31,902 nt of DNA, taken from a virus (Duplodnaviria; Heunggongvirae; Uroviricota; Caudoviricetes). The stretch lies in the IMG/VR virus record IMGVR_UViG_2925939204_000002. One strand, written 5' to 3'. The notes beneath the pieces were generated by a model. The model worked only from the letters and a program-made list of their open reading frames with translations, ran no database searches and was not told the DNA's origin. The position numbers and the translations under genes were made by a program. Below, in pieces: positions 8,890 to 17,190 of the stretch (position 1 is the first letter of the stretch; each line of letters opens with the position of its first letter).

Positions 8890-9468
8890 TAACCGGCCAT
8901 GCGTGCCGGAATTCTTATCTCTGGTCGCTGGGAATTTTTTGTAAAGCGTAGATATCCCAACATCATAAATTATGGCAACCCTCCGGCGCGATTCCCCTGC
9001 CGCTATTAACCTACCCGCCTGCGCCCATTGTTCTGGTGTTAGTTTTGGACGTCTACCGCCGATCCTTCCCTGCGCGCGAGCGGCCACCAGTCCTGCACGC
9101 GTACGCTCGACAATCAATTCTCTCTCCATCTCTGCCAGTGCTCCCATAACATGAAAAAAGAAACGCCCCATTGGTGTTGAGGTATCAATACTGTCCGTCA
9201 GGCTGCGGAAGTTCACGGAACGTTGCTTTAGTTCCTCCACCAGAATGACCAAGTTCCGCATACTCCGCCCAAGACGATCCAGCTTCCAGACAACAAGCGT
9301 ATCTTCTGGAGAAAGGCGCTTTAGTAATTTTTTAAGCCCTGGCCTTTCCGCTGTTCTCCCGCTCATTTTATCTTCAAAAATTAGCTCACATCCTGACCGC
9401 TCAAGCGCATCACGTTGCAAAGCCGTGTTCTGGTCATTTGTTGATACGCGCACATATCCAATAAGCAT
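8887..9468 (-). CDS. Site-specific DNA invertase, Hin/Gin/Pin/Cin-family serine recombinase
   Basis: 193-aa product MLIGYVRVSTNDQNT...VVWKLDRLGRSMRNL...SPMGRFFFHVMGALAEMERELI, near-identical in motif content to Gin/Pin; catalytic Ser in the YVRVST context; C-terminal HTH. Confidence 0.9.
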   Translation of the reverse strand: MLIGYVRVSTNDQNTALQRDALERSGCELIFEDKMSGRTAERPGLKKLLKRLSPEDTLVVWKLDRLGRSMRNLVILVEELKQRSVNFRSLTDSIDTSTPMGRFFFHVMGALAEMERELIVERTRAGLVAARAQGRIGGRRPKLTPEQWAQAGRLIAAGESRRRVAIIYDVGISTLYKKFPATRDKNSGTHGRL

Positions 9469-9522
9469 GGTTTTTCATTCCTTTAAAACGATAAATCATG
9501 CCATTCGGCTAATAATTATGCA

Positions 9523-9548
9523 TTTTCAAAAACGTTCGTTTCGAACTG
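9523..9548. promoter_or_regulatory. Candidate invertase crossover site (hix/gix-like) immediately upstream of the invertase gene
   Basis: ttttcaaaaacg tt cgtttcgaactg: A-rich half-sites aaacg/cgttt around a 2-bp centre, resembling the GAAAACC-NN-GGTTTT core of hix/gix; positioned as gixR/hixR are relative to their recombinase genes. Confidence 0.3.
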
Positions 9549-9641
9549 GGGGGGGAGTGACGGGCTGTGAAGGGCGATGTTGCTCTGATGGAAAATTCCG
9601 GGTCTTGCTGATGCGTGTCGATACAGCAAAACCCGTATGGC

Positions 9642-9875
9642 TTACTCCTCTGGATAATGAGTAGGCGCATTATACTGACTGACGTACTCGTTAAGCTCCG
9701 GCGGGTATGTCACTTTTGCTGTATCTCGCTCTACGTTGAATGTATCCGCTCCCCAGATAACACACTCCCTCAAAAATGCCTCCACCTCTGGCGAGACTTC
9801 AACCGCATCATCAGGTCGCTCTTGTTCAGAAACATAAAAACCAACGGTCGTTGGGCTGAAATAGATATTCTCCAT
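9642..9875 (-). CDS. Tail fibre assembly (Tfa) chaperone-like protein, short form, probably truncated
   Basis: 77-aa product MENIYFSPTTVGFYVSEQERPDDAVEVSPEVEAFL resembles the conserved N-terminal domain of Tfa proteins, but the usual C-terminal domain is absent; lies between tail fibre H and the invertase. Confidence 0.5.
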   Translation of the reverse strand: MENIYFSPTTVGFYVSEQERPDDAVEVSPEVEAFLRECVIWGADTFNVERDTAKVTYPPELNEYVSQYNAPTHYPEE

Positions 9876-9877
9876 AT

Positions 9878-11134
9878 TTAGTATCCTATTGCTTCAAAAT
9901 GCAGTGTCGGTGTTTCGCCGAGATTGGGTGTCGTATACGCCACAGTGAATCGCGTTCTTGATACGTCAGTGCCAGAATCAGTATCGCGATGCGTTGCCAG
10001 TGATTTTCCGGCCATTGTTGCCTGGGTCGAATAGCTGTAACTCGCTAGTGTTGCCAGCGTTGCTATTTGTGCATTTGGGAATTGTCTGGGGAAATTAACC
10101 CTGTAGTAATGGGTGTAGTACGTCACCCCACCGAGCACCTGCGCGCTGAAGTTACCAACTGGTGTCAGTGTCACAGTGCCAGCCTGTCGAATCATACCAT
10201 TTGGGAGAATATCCCAGGCAGTTTGTCCGTTTCGCGACATACCAAATGCGGACATGTCCGGGAGTTGATTATTACCGGTTCCCACGTCCCTTTTTGCCGC
10301 TTCTCCCAATTGAAGGTTTTGTAGAAAAACAGAAACGTTTTCTATGTCTGAACCATTTGCCGATTTATCCATCTTTCCAGCGAGTGAATTTGTTACGGTG
10401 GTAGCAAAGTTAGGATCATTACCCAAAGCCGCAGCAAGTTCATTCAGCGTATCCAGCGCTTCAGGCGAAGAGCCAACCAAAGCAGCAATAGCAGCCTGAA
10501 CGAAAGCTGTATTTGCAATTTGAGTAGAACTATCTTTGCCTTCCGCCGTTGGCGCAGTCGGCCTGCCAGTAAGAGCGGGACTTTCTTTTGGTGCGTATTG
10601 TTTATGCGGATCAGCCGCAGCTACATGCGCTGCCATTTTCTGATCAACATAGCTTTTCACCTGGATGATCTGATCATCAACATACTGTCGGGTTGCCAGA
10701 ACTACCGAAGGGTCAATTTTCAGCGTTACGGCAGCGGTGCTGCTGACAATCAGGATCATGCGTACAACCTGTACGCGCCCGCTTCCCTCCTGTAACTGCG
10801 GCTTATACGTTTCCGCACAGTTGGCTACGGCAATCATATCGCCGTCTTTATCGAATAAACCGATTTCACGGATCCACCACCCGCCCTCGTCTTCAGGTAT
10901 CACCTGCTCGGCAATAATCTGGTTGGCGTTATTCGGGTCAATGCTCAGACTATTAAGCGGCTTGCGGCGCAGCTCATGAACCAGCGCCGTTTGTGCCGGG
11001 TTCGGCGTCGGCAACACGCCGTTACCATCGCCTACAGCCATCTGGGTGATTTCAACCTGCGCACCCAATGCCGTGGCATTTGCCAGTTTCGCCGCGCCCA
11101 CATTGGTTAGCACGGCATAATATTTAGTCGCCAC
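9878..11134 (-). CDS. Tail fibre protein (P2 gpH family), about 418 aa from GTG start
   Basis: N-terminal region ATKYYAVLTNVGAAKLANATALGAQVEITQMAVGDGNG...SGRVQVVRMILIVSS matches the conserved gpH N-terminal domain; GTG at 11134-11132 overlaps the gpI stop. Confidence 0.85.
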   Translation of the reverse strand: MATKYYAVLTNVGAAKLANATALGAQVEITQMAVGDGNGVLPTPNPAQTALVHELRRKPLNSLSIDPNNANQIIAEQVIPEDEGGWWIREIGLFDKDGDMIAVANCAETYKPQLQEGSGRVQVVRMILIVSSTAAVTLKIDPSVVLATRQYVDDQIIQVKSYVDQKMAAHVAAADPHKQYAPKESPALTGRPTAPTAEGKDSSTQIANTAFVQAAIAALVGSSPEALDTLNELAAALGNDPNFATTVTNSLAGKMDKSANGSDIENVSVFLQNLQLGEAAKRDVGTGNNQLPDMSAFGMSRNGQTAWDILPNGMIRQAGTVTLTPVGNFSAQVLGGVTYYTHYYRVNFPRQFPNAQIATLATLASYSYSTQATMAGKSLATHRDTDSGTDVSRTRFTVAYTTPNLGETPTLHFEAIGY

Positions 11135-11738
11135 TTGCGATCTCCACGGTGTCAATTAAATGGATTGCCGCCCCGGTGTAATCATCACCGCCCACGGCTA
11201 TGGTTTCAGGAAAATACGGGTACACGGTTAGCGTATCGCCGGAATAACTGCCCGCGCCGATATACAGATCGCCGGTTGTTTGCAGGTGAAGAGACATTCC
11301 CAGCATATGACGGCTGCACGGCTTCACATCGGCGATCAGGCGTTCAAGTTCCTGATAGGTTTCTTCACTAATGCCCTGGTCTTCCACGCCAATATCCAGC
11401 GTGAAGGTGCCCGGTGCGGTGTCGATGTTCCACCACTCGTTAACCCGGATGAAGAAGCCGAACGGCTCCACAACCCGGCGCATGGCGCCCGTTGTACCCT
11501 TGTACTTATGCAGGTAAAACGCATCGGCCACTGCCTTTCGTTTTGTGTTTATCGGCCAGGCCTCATCCCAGCGATCAACGGAGAAGGCCCACGCCAGATA
11601 GGGCAACAGATCAGCCCGACACGTCCACGGGTTCCACAACTGGCGCAGCGGCACGGGCACTTCACCCAACGACGCACAGACGCGCGCGGCGACGCGCTCC
11701 ATTCGGCTGGCGCTGGGTGGTAACAGGTCATTACTCAT
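11124..11738 (-). CDS. Baseplate/tail protein I (P2 gpI family)
   Basis: MSNDLLPPSASRMERVAARV N-terminus; ATG at 11738 overlaps the J stop (ATGAGTAA arrangement). Confidence 0.85.
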   Translation of the reverse strand: MSNDLLPPSASRMERVAARVCASLGEVPVPLRQLWNPWTCRADLLPYLAWAFSVDRWDEAWPINTKRKAVADAFYLHKYKGTTGAMRRVVEPFGFFIRVNEWWNIDTAPGTFTLDIGVEDQGISEETYQELERLIADVKPCSRHMLGMSLHLQTTGDLYIGAGSYSGDTLTVYPYFPETIAVGGDDYTGAAIHLIDTVEIASGD

Positions 11739-12642
11739 CGTAACCACCCACCGTTATGGTGTATTCGGTGCAGTGCGATGCCTGGTAGTCACTCAGCACA
11801 ATATCCGCAACAGGCCGCGCCAGTTCCACGCGCTGGACGCCTTCGACGTGCAGGGCGGCGTAGATAGCTGAAAGACGGATATCGCGCCCTAAGCGATTCT
11901 GCGCGGCAATATACGCCTGTAACTGCTGTTCCGATGCCTGCCGGACGGGTTCAGCTTCCGGCCCCGGATAGATGTAAAGCGTTGCATCAATCTGATACGG
12001 CACGATCTCCGCAGACTGCACCGTTACCCTGTCGGCCACCGGGCGCACTTCTTCATCGTTCAGGGCAGCAGCGACCACGGAAAGCAGATCATCGCTGGCC
12101 GTTCCGTCACCTTCGCGCGACAGCACCGAAATGGTGACGCAGGCAGGCGTAGGACTCACCGCCGAAATATCAGCTACGCGCCCGTCTGCTGAACGCCCCC
12201 AAAATTCATACGCCGCAGTTGGCCCGGCCACGCTCAGACCTTCAAAAGCCTGCTGGGTACGCGTGCGTAAATCTGGGTCTGACTCCATCACGGCTTCAAT
12301 TGGCGGTGTAACGCTGTCGTCTTCTTCCTGAATGGTCAGACGTTCAACGTTGAAATTGACCGCCAGATTATCCAGATCGCTATCCGTGGAATAAGCCAGC
12401 ATCACCGCGCGGGCTGCTTCATTCACCCGCTGGCGCAACAGCAATTCGCGATAGCAATTCTCTTCCAGCAGCATGGTGATCGGCTCCGATTCAAGCTCAA
12501 GCGTGCGGGCGATCTCTTCCTGCTCGTCTTCCGGGTACATCGCAATAAATGCCGCCTTGCGCTGCGCGAAAAGCGTTTCGAAGTCCAGCGGTTCAACCAC
12601 CACGGGCGGCGGTAGCTGCGATAAATCGATCGTGCCGCTCAT
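11731..12642 (-). CDS. Baseplate assembly protein J (P2 gpJ family)
   Basis: 303-aa product, size and position between W and I. Confidence 0.9.
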   Translation of the reverse strand: MSGTIDLSQLPPPVVVEPLDFETLFAQRKAAFIAMYPEDEQEEIARTLELESEPITMLLEENCYRELLLRQRVNEAARAVMLAYSTDSDLDNLAVNFNVERLTIQEEDDSVTPPIEAVMESDPDLRTRTQQAFEGLSVAGPTAAYEFWGRSADGRVADISAVSPTPACVTISVLSREGDGTASDDLLSVVAAALNDEEVRPVADRVTVQSAEIVPYQIDATLYIYPGPEAEPVRQASEQQLQAYIAAQNRLGRDIRLSAIYAALHVEGVQRVELARPVADIVLSDYQASHCTEYTITVGGYDE

Positions 12643-13001
12643 GCCTGGCCCCTCAATGTAATATCAGCGTTAAATGGCGTCTGATTGTCGGTGCGATTGG
12701 CCTGGATAGTGGCAACCAGCCGACCGGCACCCGGCGCGCTCAGGGTGATACTGGTCAGAGAGATCCGCGGTTCCCATAAATACAGGGCGCTGTAGATGGC
12801 AGACATAACGCGCAGCTTCGTTATGGCGTTATCGACCGGCTGATCTATCAGGTTGAAAAGCTGCGAACCGTAAGCGCGGCGCATTACACGGGAACCGATC
12901 GGCGTTAACAGAATATCGCCGATAGACTGCGCTATATGCTCGTTGTCGGTGATGGCATGGCCTGAACTGGCATTCATGCCGCTGTAACGGACTGTACTCA
13001 T
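12639..13001 (-). CDS. Baseplate protein W (gp25-like)
   Basis: 120-aa product between V and J, translationally coupled. Confidence 0.85.
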   Translation of the reverse strand: MSTVRYSGMNASSGHAITDNEHIAQSIGDILLTPIGSRVMRRAYGSQLFNLIDQPVDNAITKLRVMSAIYSALYLWEPRISLTSITLSAPGAGRLVATIQANRTDNQTPFNADITLRGQA

Positions 13002-13627
13002 ACCGGGCCACCTGTATTACTACCACCGGACTGGACGCCGCTATGTTTGTGAGAATGGACAACGACACCATTAGACGAAAGCGATCCGCCTGAATGGGTA
13101 ATATTGCCCTTCATTTCCCCGCCCTTTTGCACTTCCAGCGTGGCGGTGATCAGCTTGTTGGTGCAGACCACTTCCGGCGTGTCCAGGGTAACGCGCGTAT
13201 CTGCCTTGACCGTTACCACCGGCACGGTGGCGGTAATGGATTCCGACGCGGTGACGCTTGCCGTTTTTACCCCGCTGACAACCAGCGCGCTGGCCTCCGG
13301 GTCATATGAAATACGGGCGCCATCCGGGTGCAGGATCACGCAGGTGGTAGCGCCAGCATCTGGCGGCGGTGCGTCTTTGCTGTAAAGGCTTCCGGCAATG
13401 AATGCCGTCTCCAGCTCACCGCAGGGGCACAAAATATAAACCTGTTCGCCCACTGTCGGCGCCCACCACGTCACGGCTTCACCGGCGCGCGGCACTGCCC
13501 AGCGGATCCAGTCGGTTTTGTTCTCGCCGGTTTCGACGCGTGCAAGATACTTTTCCGTATCCACTTCCAGCACGGTGCCAATGCGGGCGAGATTGCAGAT
13601 AAGGCGATAGAGTTCGTTTAAATTCAT
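12998..13627 (-). CDS. Baseplate spike/assembly protein V (P2 gpV family)
   Basis: 209-aa product MNLNELYRLICNLARIGTV; first gene after the S-V intergenic region. Confidence 0.85.
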   Translation of the reverse strand: MNLNELYRLICNLARIGTVLEVDTEKYLARVETGENKTDWIRWAVPRAGEAVTWWAPTVGEQVYILCPCGELETAFIAGSLYSKDAPPPDAGATTCVILHPDGARISYDPEASALVVSGVKTASVTASESITATVPVVTVKADTRVTLDTPEVVCTNKLITATLEVQKGGEMKGNITHSGGSLSSNGVVVHSHKHSGVQSGGSNTGGPV

Positions 13628-13765
13628 AGTGCTGACTGTTTCCCGTGGTGCCGGTTACGCTGTCCGGCGTCGTTTCCACCCGGTAGCAGGCTTTACGACC
13701 GTTTCGGCTTTTGGGTTATGCAGTCAGTATCAGGAGTCGCGCGCGCGCAAACAACGCGGCGCCCT

Positions 13766-13783
13766 TGTGGCGGGTTGGTGACA
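13766..13783. promoter_or_regulatory. Candidate Ogr-binding dyad of the V-operon late promoter
   Basis: tgt ggcgggttggtg aca is an exact TGT-N12-ACA located between the S stop (13785) and the V start (13627). Confidence 0.45.
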
Positions 13784-13784
13784 A

Positions 13785-14429
13785 TCAAATCTCTTGCATG
13801 AAGGCGACAACAGTATCGACCAGCCAGTCTAAATCCCCCTCGGTCATGCCCAGGAGTTCACGCACCGGGTAGCGTGCACGGGCACCCGGCACCACGTTAT
13901 CGACTTCACCGTACTGGTGAACGCTGGCAATTTCGGCGGTATGCCCCTGAAAGCCAACCACTGCCATGCCGCCCGTACCGTAAGCCTTAAGAAAGCGTGC
14001 GGTGCGCAGCTTGCGGAACATCGGATCCTTTCTGGTGCGGTTTTGCTTTGACTGGTTGAGATTGATTTCAATATAGCGCTGGATATCGCGCTTATAGAAC
14101 GTGCGCAGGGCACCGCGATCAACGTCATAGCCGGTGATTGCGCGGTGCTCACCCCTGCCCGTGGTTCGCCAGTTGCGTAACTCCCTGGCCTCATCATTCC
14201 ATACGAATTTTATCCCGCCCTGGGTGCGCAGAATTTTGCGGCGGCGGGCCTGATAGCTTTCACCGCTGGGGTTCTTCTGGCTGGCGATACGCTTTTGCTG
14301 GCGCTTACGCAGCCCGATCGCAACGTCGCGCGTCAGCTTGCGACGGTGTCCGGGCGAAAGCTGCGCGGCAACGCTGGCTAACCAGTCGTCTAACTGCTGG
14401 AAGAGGGGATCGGTTTGTTGTCCTGCCAT
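13785..14429 (-). CDS. Virion morphogenesis / tail completion protein (gpS-like)
   Basis: 214-aa basic product between R and V, overlapping R by 40 nt; position equivalent to P2 gpS. Confidence 0.7.
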   Translation of the reverse strand: MAGQQTDPLFQQLDDWLASVAAQLSPGHRRKLTRDVAIGLRKRQQKRIASQKNPSGESYQARRRKILRTQGGIKFVWNDEARELRNWRTTGRGEHRAITGYDVDRGALRTFYKRDIQRYIEINLNQSKQNRTRKDPMFRKLRTARFLKAYGTGGMAVVGFQGHTAEIASVHQYGEVDNVVPGARARYPVRELLGMTEGDLDWLVDTVVAFMQEI

Positions 14430-14884
14430 GTTTCGCCGCTGACCTCATCAACAAATACCAGTGACCACGCGCCAATTTCCGGCCCCGGTGCAGGGTCAGC
14501 ACGGTGACGGGTGACGATCTCGCCATCTTCACGGGTGACGATCACCGCTTCATCAGCCTGAATCTGGATCAGTACGTCCATCGTGCTGTTACTCAGAATA
14601 TCGGCTTCGAATGTTATGCCGTTCTGCTGCCTGTCCGGGTTAAACAACAGATCAGGCTGATATAAGCGCGCCCATGCCAGCACCGGCACGCTGATAGTAT
14701 CCAGAGATTCAGGGTAATCCATCACCAGCACTTCCAGCGTATAGCGATACTCAAACGCAGCAGCACGCTGGCCGGTGCTGACCATACGACCTTTTCGCAG
14801 ATAAACCGCCAGATTATCGGGATTTTCGCGCAGCCAGGGCACATGCTGGCTTATCATCTGGCGCAGTAAATCGGGTTTAAGCAT
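14390..14884 (-). CDS. Tail completion protein R (P2 gpR family)
   Basis: MLKPDLLRQMISQHVPWLRENPDNLAVYL ... VPVLAWARLYQPDL resembles P2 gpR; TAATG coupling to the upstream spanin gene. Confidence 0.8.
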   Translation of the reverse strand: MLKPDLLRQMISQHVPWLRENPDNLAVYLRKGRMVSTGQRAAAFEYRYTLEVLVMDYPESLDTISVPVLAWARLYQPDLLFNPDRQQNGITFEADILSNSTMDVLIQIQADEAVIVTREDGEIVTRHRADPAPGPEIGAWSLVFVDEVSGETWQDNKPIPSSSS

Positions 14885-15414
14885 TACTTATTCCCCCCGG
14901 ACTTAACCGCATCATATGCAGCCTCACAGGCTAATCCTCTGGCTCTTGCTTCATCAGCTTCTCTTGCCAGTTCCCCCGCTCGCTCGTCAGCCCGCTTAAA
15001 CAGGTCGGCAAGCAATGCGGCACCGCTGGCTTTTGCCTCGCTTCTGCCGGGAGTTCCGGCACCGCAGGCACGTTCACGGTCTGCCAGTCTTCTGGCGAGT
15101 TCGTCGGCTTTGGCGTGCAGCCCACGAGAAACAGCACTGGCACGATCGGCAGCAGCCTGCACGCCAGCAAGCTGCTGACTGGTTTGTTTTCTGATCGCAT
15201 CAATTTCACCTTGTCGGCGTTGTTCTTCTGTCCTGGCCTCAGCCTGCCTTTGCGCCAGCGCGGTGGCGTCGCGTGCATCACGTTGCGCCCACTTTTCACG
15301 CCAGTGCTGATCTGCATCACCGTAACCGGCGCTGTAACGCCAGTGGCTAAAACCCCATACAGCAGCAGCGGCCAGCACAAGACAAACGATCACTTTCCAG
15401 CGTGACAACCCCAT
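14884..15414 (-). CDS. Rz-like inner-membrane spanin (LysB-like)
   Basis: 176-aa product with N-terminal TM segment (WKVIVCLVLAAAAVWGF) followed by Ala/Arg/Glu-rich coiled coil; contains an embedded lipoprotein ORF in another frame. Confidence 0.75.
   Translation of the reverse strand: MGLSRWKVIVCLVLAAAAVWGFSHWRYSAGYGDADQHWREKWAQRDARDATALAQRQAEARTEEQRRQGEIDAIRKQTSQQLAGVQAAADRASAVSRGLHAKADELARRLADRERACGAGTPGRSEAKASGAALLADLFKRADERAGELAREADEARARGLACEAAYDAVKSGGNK
14931..15200 (-). CDS. Rz1-like outer-membrane lipoprotein spanin (LysC-like), embedded in the Rz-like gene
   Basis: Internal ATG at 15200 gives MRSENKPVSSLLACRLLPIVPVLFLVGC... with lipobox LVGC and Pro-rich mature region; fully nested in the +1 frame of the i-spanin gene. 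Confidence 0.6.
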   Translation of the reverse strand: MRSENKPVSSLLACRLLPIVPVLFLVGCTPKPTNSPEDWQTVNVPAVPELPAEARQKPAVPHCLPTCLSGLTSERGNWQEKLMKQEPED

Positions 15415-15451
15415 ATCTAAACCTCTCGCCAGCTCGCACTGTCATTACCGT

Positions 15452-15509
15452 ACGTGCTGGAGCACTGTCAAAAATGACCGCGCTCGATACGCACGGCCAG
15501 CACGGTTAG
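15452..15509. repeat. Copy B of the ~57-bp structured intergenic repeat
   Basis: Matches 8833-8889 at about 85 percent; contains palindrome gtgct-gg-agcac; lies between the endolysin stop and the spanin start. Confidence 0.5.
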
Positions 15510-15515
15510 ACATGA

Positions 15516-15995
15516 TCACGACTCAGAAACGGAGCGCGTACCGGATAGCTGCGGCAATGGTTGAACATCGACAGGAATATCTTTCGGCCAGCGATATCCA
15601 GATACCCGCGATGTAGAAAACGCACGGATATTCACCGCATCACTCTGATTTCCACCCAGTACCATCAAATCGCCATTTGCCTGCTGACCAACAACAAAGC
15701 CAACATGACCGCCGCCGTCACGGCTGAATACCACCACACAACCATATGCAGGTTTATCCAGCTTCACCCCCCAATTAAGATAAGATGCGGCTGATTCAAA
15801 GCGGCTTGATGTGATACCTGAACGTTCCAGCACTCCCCCAACGTAAGCCGCACACCACGGCGTTTCGTCGTCCTTAATACCGCCTCGTTTTATATCCTTC
15901 CAGAACTGTAAAATTAGCGGGTTATGCTCTGGCCCTTTAATTTCCTTTTCACCAATATATTTACGACCTTCAACAATCCATGATGGTTCTTTCAT
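15516..15995 (-). CDS. Putative endolysin, Cys-His peptidase-like (CHAP / NlpC-P60-like), not the P2 gpK lysozyme type
   Basis: 159-aa product with WCAAYV and GGHVGFVV motifs suggesting a Cys/His catalytic pair; located between holin and spanins. Confidence 0.6.
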   Translation of the reverse strand: MKEPSWIVEGRKYIGEKEIKGPEHNPLILQFWKDIKRGGIKDDETPWCAAYVGGVLERSGITSSRFESAASYLNWGVKLDKPAYGCVVVFSRDGGGHVGFVVGQQANGDLMVLGGNQSDAVNIRAFSTSRVSGYRWPKDIPVDVQPLPQLSGTRSVSES

Positions 15996-16059
15996 GGCTG
16001 CATTCCTCTTTGACAGTGAATAAAACCGCCAACCAGCAAATCATTTCAGGTGATGGGAT

Positions 16060-16389
16060 TTATTCCCCGCCCTTCATTCCGCCGATACGGTTTTCGATAA
16101 ACCCAGTAACTTTGTTGCGGACTTTATCCGCTCCCATAAATCCGATTGAGGCGCCCACGAACGTTACTGCGTTGGACGGAAGCCCCAGATATTCCAGCGA
16201 ACCGGCCACAGCAAGCGTGACAATCCCACATACCAGCGATCCGGTGGCGGTTTTAAGCAAAGACTGCCCATCGTAAAGGCTCATTAGCGCCGAAATACTC
16301 AGCGCCGCACCAGCCGCAAACAGTGTCGGCAGATAAGTAGCGATCCATTTCATTGTTTGTTCGAGTAATCCCGGTGGTGTGTCGTGCAT
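16060..16389 (-). CDS. Class I holin, lambda S-like
   Basis: Internal ATG at 16389 with GGAGG RBS gives 109 aa starting MHDTPPGLLEQTMKW (possible dual start); hydrophobic segments and charged C-terminus; C-terminal half resembles lambda S. Confidence 0.7.
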   Translation of the reverse strand: MHDTPPGLLEQTMKWIATYLPTLFAAGAALSISALMSLYDGQSLLKTATGSLVCGIVTLAVAGSLEYLGLPSNAVTFVGASIGFMGADKVRNKVTGFIENRIGGMKGGE

Positions 16390-16399
16390 ACCCTCCCCC

Positions 16400-16600
16400 T
16401 TAATCCCATAGCTGCACGGTTTCCCGCTGGGCTGGCGGCTGGATCTCTGGCAGGTAGACAATCTGCCCGGCCTGCAACTCAGTGGCGGCGGAAATGCCCT
16501 TATTGGCATCGATCACCGCCTCGGTAACGCCTGCTGTTCTGCCGTAATAGCGCCAGCAAAGCAGGTCGATCGTGTCGTTTTGCTGCGCCTGAACGTTCAT
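16400..16600 (-). CDS. Tail protein X (P2 gpX family)
   Basis: 66-aa product with DTIDLLCWRYYGRTAGVTEAV resembling P2 gpX. Confidence 0.8.
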   Translation of the reverse strand: MNVQAQQNDTIDLLCWRYYGRTAGVTEAVIDANKGISAATELQAGQIVYLPEIQPPAQRETVQLWD

Positions 16601-17088
16601 TACACCAACTCCGCCAGGCCCCGGCTTTCGTCCTGGATATCACGGATTGACCAGCGCACATCCCGCCACAGCGTATCGATCTGCGTGCTCAATGCCGCCG
16701 CGTGGTCTTCGCCTTTACTGGTGGTGTCAATATCGCGGTAGCCTTCAATCAACAGCGCCTTAGTGAGTGAATACACGGCGTTTTTATAGCGCCATACCTT
16801 CACGGAAGTGCCATTCACCGGACTGGCCGGAATTTCTGCCAATGACTCATAGCCCGCATCAATCTGCACCTGGCGCCACAGGAAAAGCTGATCATTAACA
16901 TGGGCCACCGCTTCCACCGTTCGCGACATCAGGCGATCGGTTGTCACCTGCCCATCAAGACGCATCGCGCGGCGTAGTTCAGCCAGCGAAATGACCGGCC
17001 AGAATGGCAGGCTTTCAACCTTCGCGCCGCCATCATCAGGCACTGGATCGGATGGTGGCCGTACTGGCTCAGTGGCTACCAGACTCAT
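16600..17088 (-). CDS. Head completion/stabilisation protein L (P2 gpL family)
   Basis: ATG at 17088 with GGAG RBS gives about 162 aa; position between M and X. Confidence 0.8.
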   Translation of the reverse strand: MSLVATEPVRPPSDPVPDDGGAKVESLPFWPVISLAELRRAMRLDGQVTTDRLMSRTVEAVAHVNDQLFLWRQVQIDAGYESLAEIPASPVNGTSVKVWRYKNAVYSLTKALLIEGYRDIDTTSKGEDHAAALSTQIDTLWRDVRWSIRDIQDESRGLAELV

Positions 17089-17190
17089 GATCTCTACTCC
17101 GTATAAGTCAGGCGGTGGACGGCAGGACGAAGACGCGGCGTTGCCTGTTTTCGCCTGCCGTGCCGCCTGGGTGCGCGGGGGCACGTTCGG

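Noticed and set aside
10319-10344. Dyad tagaaaa ... ttttcta inside tail fibre gene H considered as the partner inversion site
   Set aside because: Half-sites do not match the candidate site at 9523-9548 beyond an aaacgtt core, and no alternative fibre coding sequence exists in the opposite orientation between the two.
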